DNA from: Eledone cirrhosa
Lineage: Eukaryota
Reading direction: 5' to 3'
Assembly: GCA_964016885.1 (NCBI GenBank)
Contig: OZ024741.1
Location: 237,212,001 to 237,276,000 of the forward strand
Length of the DNA: 64,000 nt
Part shown: positions 54,939 through 64,000 of the stretch, piece by piece
Numbering within the stretch: the stretch's first letter is position 1
Layout: every line of letters starts with the position of its first letter
Notes under the pieces: generated by a model
The model's input: the letters and a program-made list of their open reading frames with translations, nothing else
Databases searched by the model: none
What the model was told of the DNA's origin: nothing
Program-made: the position numbers and the translations under genes

Positions 54939-55290
54939 TATGTATGTGCGTGTATTTGTGTTGACGTTTACTATTGTCTGTATATATCTCATAACTTAGA
55001 GGTTCGACAAAAAGAGATCAATAAATTAAATATAAAACTTTTTTAACTGGGGTTGACGTAATCTACTACATCCTTTGAAGACGTTGCCCCAGCATCTCAG
55101 CGATCAAATGACTAAAACTAATAGAAGGATAAACGATTATATATATATAAATTAGATATATATATATATATATATATAAATTAATATATATATATATCTA
55201 TAAATTAACTTTGTTAAATAATCAACAAATTATATAACCCACTGTTTATATATATATATATATATATGAATACATATGAATGTAGGTGCT

Positions 55291-55430
55291 TAATAAAGAA
55301 GTGGGGTGCGTAATAAAGAAGTGGGGTACGTAATAAAGAAGTGGGGTACGTAATAAAGAAGTGGGGTACGTAATAAAGAAGTGGGGTACGTAATAAAGAA
55401 GTGGGGTGCGTAATAAAGAAGTGGGGTACG
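55291..55430. repeat. 20-bp minisatellite x7 (TAATAAAGAAGTGGGGT[A/G]CG)
   Basis: Contiguous units with no spacers; second copy at 62696-62835. Confidence 0.95.
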
Positions 55431-55457
55431 TAATATGAGTCTTTAAAAGGCGAGATA

Positions 55458-56018
55458 TTGAGAAGGAACTGTAAGTCGGTAGAGAGTCGTTTTCGGTCAT
55501 TGATCGAGGACGAACGATTAGGTGACAGGACCCCTACCGCTTTTCTCCGGCATTTGCGGGAATTGAGCGATTCCCAAGATCAGGATAGCCCTTTCCTGAA
55601 GCAATTGTTCTTCTCTCGCCTACCTCAAGAGGTACAGGCGATCCTAGCCCATATGCTAGAAGTAAATACCCTCGACCACATTGCTGTCTCTGCTGACAAA
55701 ATTGTAGAAGTGACGAAGAGAGACACTTCGAAGCAAAAGTACGTTGCTTCCTCTTCTCTTCCTGAATCACGCTCATCAGCGAGTGATGAGAAATTAGTCA
55801 AAACAATGGAGGCCATGACTCGTCGGGTGGCGGAGTTGTGCCAGGAATTCAGGTCTTTTGGGCGGCAGAGGAGCCGCTCACGAACATATTCAACTCCTCG
55901 CTACCGTAGCCCTTCCAAAACACCAAAACCACCATATTACCATGACAAATATGGTGACAAAGCCGCCCATTGTAGGCCTCCTTGTGCTTACGAGGGAAAC
56001 GACGACCAGAGTCACTAA
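55458..56018 (+). CDS. gag: 5'-truncated gag of the CsRn1-clade Gypsy
   Basis: [20 protein letters not shown], degenerate CHCC motif [17 protein letters not shown]. Confidence 0.85.
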   Translation: MRRNCKSVESRFRSLIEDERLGDRTPTAFLRHLRELSDSQDQDSPFLKQLFFSRLPQEVQAILAHMLEVNTLDHIAVSADKIVEVTKRDTSKQKYVASSSLPESRSSASDEKLVKTMEAMTRRVAELCQEFRSFGRQRSRSRTYSTPRYRSPSKTPKPPYYHDKYGDKAAHCRPPCAYEGNDDQSH

Positions 56019-58879
56019 CGGCGGATAGTGCGCTCTGCGAAACATCATCCAACCGCCACTTTTTCATTGAGGACCTGCTATCAGGTAGAGCCTTTCTGGT
56101 TGACACAGGTGCAGTTTGTTCAATATGGCCTGTGTGTTATATGAAGGAGACTCCCCTTGAGTCACCTATCGAGTTGCAGGCAGTAAATTGTTCGCCGATT
56201 CGAACCTTCGGACAAATCTCGCTACCTTTGCAGTTCCGTAATCTGCGGCGTGAATTTAAATGGATATTTACTGTCGCTGCCTTGCCGTATCCGATTCTAG
56301 GCGCGGATTTTCTCCACCATTTTTCATTGACGGTGGACCTCCGTCGTAAACGCCTAATTGATGGCATCACTGGTTTAACTGTTGTTGGCAAGGCAGCAGG
56401 AGTTCCAACGGTTAGCCCAACCTTTTTTCTTGCTAACACCGGTGATACTTACCATGCGTTGTTGAACTCGTTCCCGCAACTGACTCAGGGAAATTTTCGA
56501 GTTGATGAGCCAACTCATACCACGGAGCACTTCATAACTACAACTGGTGCTCCCGTTTTTTCTCGTCCTCGTCGCTTGCCTCCGGACAAACTCAAAGCAG
56601 CACGATCAGAGTTTGATCATATGCTACAGTTGGGGATTATTCGTCCGTCCACGAGCCCGTGGGCGTCCCCATTACACATGGTACCGAAAGCGACTGGCGA
56701 TTGGAGACCTACTGGAGATTATCGACGCTTAAATTCGATAACGGAACCGGACCGTTATCCTATCCCTCATCTGCAAGACTTTGCGTCTTCGTTGCAGGGA
56801 TGCAAGATATTCTCCAAACTGGATTTAATTCGTGCGTACCATCAAATTCCTGTCCATAAAAATGACATTCCCAAAACGGCTATAGTTACGCCATTTGGGT
56901 CATTTGAATTTTTGACCATGCCGTTCGGATTAAGGAATGCCGCTAGTACGTTTCAGCGGTTTATGGATGAGGTTACTCGTGGCCTCGATTTCGTCTATAC
57001 CTATATTGACGACCTGCTCATTGCTAGTTCTTCTCAAGAGCAACATACGCACCATTTGAATCTTCTTTTCCGCCGATTGAAGGCGTATAACGTGCAGATT
57101 AATGCACCCAAATGTGTTTTTGGTGCTGAGTCACTGACTTTCTTGGGTCACGTCATCGATGCTGACGGTATTCGACCCCGGCCTGAGCGAGTTAAGGTCA
57201 TAGAGGATTTGCCTCCACCGACCTCACTACGTCAGTTACGCCAGTTCTTAGGCCTGATTAACTTTTATAGGCGTTTCGTGCCAAATTGTGCAAGATTGCT
57301 TTTCTCCCTGACGGATATTTTAAAAAATTGTCGGAAGAAGAACAAAGACATTTCTTTGACCGAGGCTCAACTTGCTGATTTTCAGCACGCCAAAACTGCT
57401 TTGGCTAATGCCTCTTTACTGGCTCACCCGGTACCCGGTGCAAAGCTAACGCTTTGTGTTGATGCATCGGATATCGCTGTGGGCGCAGTGCTACAGCAAA
57501 ACATCAATGGTTACCAGCAACCGCTGGAGTTTTTTTCCAGAAAGCTGAAACCTGCTGAGACGCGCTACAGCACCTTTGGAAGAGAGCTTTCGGCCATCTA
57601 TTTAGCCGTGAAACATTTTTCACATATGCTAGAGGGTAGACTGTTTGCTATCCTCACCGACCACAAACCATTGACTTTTGCGTTGAGAGCGAAGGCTGAT
57701 AAATACTCGCCCAGAGAGACAAGACACCTTGATTTCATCTCGCAATATACGAATGATATCCAACACATTCCGAGTTCACTGAATACAGCGGCCGATGCTT
57801 TGTCCCGCTTACCCGTGACAGCGATCTCGTCACCCTCTGACATAGATCTGACTCGTTTGGCTGCGGATCAGCCTCCCCTTGGGTCATTGGATGTTACATC
57901 GCCCGAGTTTGCGAATTGCGAGATGAAATACTTGCCTCTGTCGACTGCAGTTGGCCAAATTCTCTGCGACGTCTCTTTGGACGTGCCTAGGCCCTTCGTT
58001 CCAGAGAATCATCGTCGGACCGTGTTTCTGGTATTACATGGTTTCTCGCATCCAGGATCTTCTGCCACAGCAAAGCTCATATCAACTAGATTTTTCTGGC
58101 CAAATATGAGGCGTGAAATTGCTGCTTGGTGCCGTTCCTGCGTCGCTTGCCAGAAATCAAAGGTCCATCGACACGTCAAGGCTCCCCTGGGTACCTTTAC
58201 TAACCCAGATGCACGTTTTTCGCACATTCATATTGATATAGTGGGACCTTGGCCTGTCAGCGATGGTTATTCTTATCTGCTGACCATAATTGACCGTTTT
58301 TCGAGATGGTCTGAAGCCATCCCCTTGAAAAACATCACCGCTGAGACAACAGCGCGTGCTCTTAGGTCTGGATGGATCTCTCATAATGGAGTTCCATCCA
58401 TAGTAACTACCGACCGTGGACGACAGTTCGAGTCGAGCCTTTTCCTCGAACTGTCAAAATTAATTGGTGCTAAACGCATTAGAACTACGGCGTACCATCC
58501 CGCTTCGAATGGTATGGTGGAGCGTTTTCACCGACAACTGAAGGCCTCCTTAATGGCCTCAATGGACTCGGCGCATTGGAGCGAGTACCTCCCTATTGTG
58601 TTACTAGGGATTCGGTCAACAGTGAAGGTCGACTTTGGATTTTCACCGGCCGAAGTACTGTACGGTGCCCCTCTGACGTTGCCCAGGCAAATGCTTGCCC
58701 TTATCGATCTCGATGCCCAAGATCACGCTTCCTACGTGTCCCATTTGCGCTCCTATTTCCAGGATTTGCCGCCAATGGACACTAGGAAACAAACTGTCAA
58801 GACTGCTGTCCCGAGGGATGTTGCCTCGTGGACGCATGTCTTTGTAAGGAAAGATTCTGTGAAGCCCCCGCTCACATAG
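55982..58879 (+). CDS. pol: Gypsy Pol polyprotein (PR-RT-RH-IN), open for 965 aa
   Basis: LVDTGA, YIDD, CVDAS, HPG..CVAC, HIDIVG..TTDRG..MVERFH; the TAG at 58877 looks premature because the frame continues as PYTEPYRV (GPY/F-like) to ~59150. Confidence 0.95.
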   Translation: MCLRGKRRPESLTADSALCETSSNRHFFIEDLLSGRAFLVDTGAVCSIWPVCYMKETPLESPIELQAVNCSPIRTFGQISLPLQFRNLRREFKWIFTVAALPYPILGADFLHHFSLTVDLRRKRLIDGITGLTVVGKAAGVPTVSPTFFLANTGDTYHALLNSFPQLTQGNFRVDEPTHTTEHFITTTGAPVFSRPRRLPPDKLKAARSEFDHMLQLGIIRPSTSPWASPLHMVPKATGDWRPTGDYRRLNSITEPDRYPIPHLQDFASSLQGCKIFSKLDLIRAYHQIPVHKNDIPKTAIVTPFGSFEFLTMPFGLRNAASTFQRFMDEVTRGLDFVYTYIDDLLIASSSQEQHTHHLNLLFRRLKAYNVQINAPKCVFGAESLTFLGHVIDADGIRPRPERVKVIEDLPPPTSLRQLRQFLGLINFYRRFVPNCARLLFSLTDILKNCRKKNKDISLTEAQLADFQHAKTALANASLLAHPVPGAKLTLCVDASDIAVGAVLQQNINGYQQPLEFFSRKLKPAETRYSTFGRELSAIYLAVKHFSHMLEGRLFAILTDHKPLTFALRAKADKYSPRETRHLDFISQYTNDIQHIPSSLNTAADALSRLPVTAISSPSDIDLTRLAADQPPLGSLDVTSPEFANCEMKYLPLSTAVGQILCDVSLDVPRPFVPENHRRTVFLVLHGFSHPGSSATAKLISTRFFWPNMRREIAAWCRSCVACQKSKVHRHVKAPLGTFTNPDARFSHIHIDIVGPWPVSDGYSYLLTIIDRFSRWSEAIPLKNITAETTARALRSGWISHNGVPSIVTTDRGRQFESSLFLELSKLIGAKRIRTTAYHPASNGMVERFHRQLKASLMASMDSAHWSEYLPIVLLGIRSTVKVDFGFSPAEVLYGAPLTLPRQMLALIDLDAQDHASYVSHLRSYFQDLPPMDTRKQTVKTAVPRDVASWTHVFVRKDSVKPPLT
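55994..56000 (+). promoter_or_regulatory. -1 ribosomal frameshift slippery heptamer G GGA AAC
   Basis: In register with gag codons; pol is in the -1 frame; repeated in unit 2 at ~63405-63411. Confidence 0.75.
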
Positions 58880-59377
58880 CCTTACACTGAACCTTACCGT
58901 GTCTTAGCGCGCTCGGCTAAGCATTTCACTTTAGATATTAAAGGGTCCAGAGAGACAGTTACAATAGACAGGCTTAAGCAGGCACACCTTGACACGGACG
59001 CTGTGGTTCCTGATCCACGAACCCCTTCGTATTTGCCTGTTGAGCGATCGCTTGTCCCTACACCACCACCATCGCCACGTTACAAGACCACGACCCGTTC
59101 AGGTCGTAGGATCCACTGGCCCAAAAAATTTTGCAGCACTGTCTATGTTTAGACTGTGTCAGCTGCACCTTTTTCTTTTGCTTCTGTGTTTCTGCTTTTT
59201 TCTTTGCCTGTTTTTTATGCATGCATGTTGTTGTTTTTTTACATTTTTCAAATCCTTATTTTGGATTTAATGATTGGTAGAGCGAATAGCTCCCCCTTGT
59301 TGCATTGTTCGCCATCTTACTCCACGTGTGAGTAATAACATCGATTTTCGATGATTTGAAAATCTGGAAGGGGATAC

Positions 59378-59752
59378 TGCAGTAAGACGCCTCACGCCTC
59401 CTGGCGGATAATGGAACAACCCTAGTTGTCTCCCCCTGGTTGAGAACACCAGAGGTAAACAGAGACAGCCACGGGAAAGCAGACTAAATACACGCCACAG
59501 AAAACAACCTCTGTACCACGAAACGATAAACAGCCAAGGGAACAGCAAACAGCAAACCCCACAATACCTTTGTAATTGTAATTCACCACAACTGACCGCG
59601 TCTATATTTGGTATGTTTCATTTGTAATATAATAAACACATATAAACAAAATAAACATCACCATTATTTACATTTGTTGAATATAACTCTCGTTGTGGTT
59701 ATTGTCTTGTTTACGCACACACCCACTCACTTTGTCATAATTCTCAGTTACA
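59378..59752 (+). mobile_element. LTR (copy 2), preceded by a PPT
   Basis: GGAAGGGGATAC directly upstream. Confidence 0.9.
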
Positions 59753-60729
59753 AAAATGGTAAATAGACGAGGGACCTTCCCTCACGTCTATGTCGATAAA
59801 CAATCTAACTAGGATACATCCTTTTACCACACCCTTAATGTAATTTATTTTAATACACTGGTATAATTTATTCTTTTTTTTTTTCTCAATGATAAAACGA
59901 TAATTTTTTTTTTACTTAAAATACTGTGCATTTCGGAAATTTAGAAGGCTGTTATTATTGTATCGTTGTCAGAGCTACCTTATCAGACGGGCACACTAGG
60001 CATTTTTCTATTTTTTGTTTGGTAGATCTAGATAGAAGTTCAGTACCCATGGTTTTCATATGGTCTCCGAAACCAGGGACATGTGGACAAGAAGGAGGGA
60101 GTGTAGAGTGGGGTTAAGGGGTTCGCTTCTCAACCATGTGGGTTCGGGTTCAGTCCCACTGCGTGGCACTTTGGGCAAATATCGTCTATAATATTTGGTG
60201 GATTGATATCCTGCATACATACACAGACACACACATATATATATACAATACATTAGGGTGGGGGTGGGGGCAACAAGGAAAAAGAATAACCGAGAACAAT
60301 ACAGTATAATGATATATATGTATATATATATATATAAATGAAATAGAATGAAACGAAATTTCATTTCTCACTCTTAGTACGGCACTTACTTAAATGTAAG
60401 TATGTATGTATACAGACGTACAGTAGTATCTATATATATACATACATGCACACATATATATATATGCACGTATCGGTTTACCGAACATTTATTATAATTG
60501 TTTCTACTTTAACCACAAGGCCAGCAATTACCCAGTGCATTATTGGTACTTTATTTTATCGACCCCGTAAGGATGAAAGGCAAAGTCAACCTCGGCGGGA
60601 TTAATGCTCGGTTTGTTTGTTTGTAAATAAACAAACAGCCCGAATTACGCCGTACAGTGTTTAGGCAACCACGTCACCTTTTTGGAAAGTATATACTTTC
60701 AGACGTTCAACCATCTGGCAGGAAGGTAT

Positions 60730-60772
60730 ACGATGCTGACGATAGCTAATAAGCTTGAAACTAGTACATCGT
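60730..60772 (+). ncRNA. Minimal type I hammerhead ribozyme (duplicate of 53277-53319)
   Basis: Identical core and stems. Confidence 0.87.
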
Positions 60773-60985
60773 TCCTGTGTCAGTGTTGAACAAAAAGGTG
60801 ACGTAGTTGCCTAAACACTGTACGGTGTAATTCGGGCTGTTTGTTTGTTTACAAACAAACAAAACGAGCATTATAATAAATGTTCGGTAAACCGATACGT
60901 GCATATATATGTGTGCATGTATGTTTATATATACATACTACTGTACGTCTGTATACATATATGTATGTACGTATACATACATACA

Positions 60986-61064
<79 letters not shown>

Positions 61065-61325
61065 GGAAAAAATGAAACGAAATTTCATTTCCCACTCTTA
61101 GTACGGCTGTTACTTAAATATAAGTATGTACACGTACATACATATATTTATACAGACGTACAGTAGTATGTATATATATATACATACATGCACACATATA
61201 TATATATGTACGTATGGATTCACCGAACATTTATTATAATGCTCGGTGTTTGTAAACAAACATCCCGTATTAAGCCGTAGTCTCTAGCAACCATCGTTGC
61301 TCGTTTGTTCATCACTGACAAAGGA

Positions 61326-61368
61326 ACACTGTACTAGTTCCAAGCTTATTAGCTATCGTCAGCAACGT
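61326..61368 (-). ncRNA. Hammerhead copy with core mutation GAAA>GGAA (probably inactive)
   Basis: AGTTCCAAGC here versus AGTTTCAAGC at 53911. Confidence 0.7.
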
Positions 61369-62862
61369 ATACCTTCCTGCCAGATTGTTGAACGTATATA
61401 CTTACCTTATGCATATTAACGGCTGAGTAGCACAATTTGCATATCGAGTGGATTAATCGGCCGGGTGCACCGAAATCGATAAACGGAAAAAATGAAATGA
61501 AATGAAATTTCCCACTCTTAGTACGGCTGTTACTTAAATATAAGTATGTACACGTACATACATATATGTATACAGTCGTACAGTAGTATGTATATATATA
61601 TATACATACATGCACACATATATATATATGTACGTATGGATTCACCGAACATTTATTATAATGCTCGGTCTGTTTGTAAACAAACATCCCGTATTAAGCC
61701 ATAGTGTCTAGCAACCACCGTTGCTCGTTTGTTCAACGCTGACAAAGGAACGCTGTACTAGTTTCAAGCTTATTAGCTATCGTCATATATAGCTATTTGT
61801 AAAACTGTTATATATTGTATTTTGTCTGATGAAGGCATACCATAATTTAATATGGTATCCCTGAAATATGTATAAATATAGTTTCCATTTATTAATATCG
61901 TATATCTACTCCAAAAACTTGTCGAGTGCTTTATATAAGTTATACAAATATTTACTTGTTGTATCCCAACAACTTTAAATAGAACTTTTGCATATATATA
62001 TATATATATATATATTCTAATCAAATCCCCCGAGGTCAACTTTACCTTTTATCCTTCCGTGGTCGATAGAATAAAGTACCAGTTAATTATTGGGGTTGAT
62101 CTAATCGACTTTTCCATTCCTCAGTCATAACTGCCCTTGTGCCTAAAGTAGAAATCAGTGGATTGGCAGTATCGGTAGAGGGTCTGACGCTATGCTTTGC
62201 AGCAAAGAGTTACGCCCCTTTATGGTTTGAGTTCAAATCCCGCCGAGGTTAACTTTGCCTTTCATCCTTACGGGGTCGATAAAATAAAGTACCAGTAATG
62301 CACTGGATAATTGCTGGCCTTGTGCCAAAAGTAGAAACAATTATATGTATGTGCGTGTATTTGTGTTGACGTTTACTATTGTCTGTATATATCTCATAAC
62401 TTAGAGGTTCGACAAAAAGAGATCAATAAATTAAATATAAAACTTTTTTAACTGGGGTTGACGTAATCTACTACATCCTTTCAAGACGCTGCCCCAGCAT
62501 CTCAGCGATCAAATGACTAAAACTAATAGAAGGATAAACGATTATATATATATAAATTAGATATATATATATATATAAATATAAATTAATATATATATAT
62601 ATCTATAAATTAACTTTGTTAAATAATCAACAAATTATATAACCCACTGTTTATATATATATATATATATATGAATACATATGAATGTAGGTGCGTAATA
62701 AAGAAGTGGGGTGCGTAATAAAGAAGTGGGGTGCGTAATAAAGAAGTGGGGTACGTAATAAAGAAGTGGGGTACGTAATAAAGAAGTGGGGTACGTAATA
62801 AAGAAGTGGGGTGCGTAATAAAGAAGTGGGGTACGTAATATGAGTCTTTAAAAGGCGAGATA

Positions 62863-63429
62863 TTGAGAAGGAACTGTAAGTCGGTAGAGAGTCGTTTTCG
62901 GTCATTGATCGAGGACGAACGATTAGGTGACAGGACCCCTACCGCTTTTCTCCGGCATTTGCGGGAATTGAGCGATTCCCAAGATCAGGATAGCCCTTTC
63001 CTGAAGCAATTGTTCTTCTCTCGCCTACCTCAAGAGGTACAGGCGATCCTAGCCCATATGCTAGAAGTAAATACCCTCGACCACATTGCTGTCTCTGCTG
63101 ACAAAATTGTAGAAGTGACGAAGAGAGACACTTCGAAGCAAAAGTACGTTGCTTCCTCTTCTCTTCCTGAATCACGCTCATCAGCGAGTGATGAGAAATT
63201 AGTCAAAACAATGGAGGCCATGACTCGTCGGGTGGCGGAGTTGTGCCAGGAATTCAGGTCTTTTGGGCGGCAGAGGAGCCGCTCACGAACATATTCAACT
63301 CCTCGCTACCGTAGCCCTTCCAAAACACCAAAACCACCATATTGTTATTACCATGACAAATATGGTGACAAAGCCGCCCATTGTAGGCCTCCTTGTGCTT
63401 ACGAGGGAAACGACGACCAGAGTCACTAA
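62863..63429 (+). CDS. gag: 5'-truncated gag, second unit, CHCC motif intact
   Basis: [18 protein letters not shown]. Confidence 0.85.
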   Translation: MRRNCKSVESRFRSLIEDERLGDRTPTAFLRHLRELSDSQDQDSPFLKQLFFSRLPQEVQAILAHMLEVNTLDHIAVSADKIVEVTKRDTSKQKYVASSSLPESRSSASDEKLVKTMEAMTRRVAELCQEFRSFGRQRSRSRTYSTPRYRSPSKTPKPPYCYYHDKYGDKAAHCRPPCAYEGNDDQSH

Positions 63430-64000
63430 CGGCGGATAGTGCGCTCTGCGAAACATCATCCAACCGCCACTTTTTCATTGAGGACCTCCTATCAGGTAGA
63501 GCCTTTCTGGTTGACACAGGTGCAGTTTGTTCAGTATGGCCTGTGTGTTGTATGAAGGAGACTCCCCCTGAGACACCTATTGAGTTGCAGGCAGTAAATT
63601 GTTCGCCGATTCGAACCTTCGGACAAATCTCGCTACCTTTGCAGTTCCGTAATCTGCGGCGTGAATTTAAATGGATATTTACTGTCGCTGCCTTGCCGTA
63701 TCCGATTCTAGGCGCTGATTTTCTCCACCATTTTTCATTGACGGTGGACCTCCGTCGTAAACGCCTAATTGATGGCATCACTGGTTTAACTGTTGTTGGC
63801 AAGGCAGCAGGAGTTCCAACGGTTAGCCCGACCTTTTTTCTTGCTAACACCGGTGATACTTACCATGCGTTGTTGAACTCGTTCCCGCAACTGACTCAGG
63901 GAAATTTTCGAGTTGATGAGCCAACTCATACCACGGAGCACTTCATAACTACAACTGGTGCTCCCGTTTTTTCTCGTCCTCGTCGCTTGCCTCCGGACAA
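63393..64000 (+). CDS. pol: Pol (protease region), second unit, runs off the window
   Basis: Near-identical to 55982-56590. Confidence 0.9.
   Translation, partial: MCLRGKRRPESLTADSALCETSSNRHFFIEDLLSGRAFLVDTGAVCSVWPVCCMKETPPETPIELQAVNCSPIRTFGQISLPLQFRNLRREFKWIFTVAALPYPILGADFLHHFSLTVDLRRKRLIDGITGLTVVGKAAGVPTVSPTFFLANTGDTYHALLNSFPQLTQGNFRVDEPTHTTEHFITTTGAPVFSRPRRLPPD

Noticed and set aside
55291-55430. CRISPR-like 20-bp repeats (also 62696-62835)
   Set aside because: The repeats are contiguous with no unique spacers, there are no cas genes, and the context is eukaryotic
59378-64000. Assembly artefact as the explanation for the 7.45-kb duplication
   Set aside because: Multiple substitutions and an in-frame 6-bp indel separate the units, and the boundary coincides with the LTR start; tandem misjoining of haplotypes is not fully excluded without reads

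Overview
AT-rich, repeat-saturated eukaryotic (animal) DNA with no recognisable host gene. The tRNA-derived SINEs and (TA)n microsatellites resemble those of octopus/cephalopod genomes; that is an inference from recognition, not a search result. The window is a mosaic of transposons. DNA transposons: a DD37D/maT mariner, a Tigger/pogo, a hAT with an 8-bp TSD, MITEs and Helentron/HINE-like elements. Non-LTR fragments: R4/Dong, RTE, CRE-like and Penelope GIY-YIG. LTR elements: a non-autonomous TRIM-like element and several Gypsy elements. Most notable: (1) a 466-bp tandem/inverted repeat family in which each unit carries a minimal type I hammerhead ribozyme (retrozyme/Penelope-type, predicted to yield circular RNA) and full units also carry an snRNA-promoter-like octamer; (2) a sister family of it carried inside a tandemly duplicated 7.45-kb CsRn1-clade Gypsy unit; (3) a Gypsy element with no tRNA PBS but a 12-nt LTR-complementary sequence suggesting Tf1-like self-priming.
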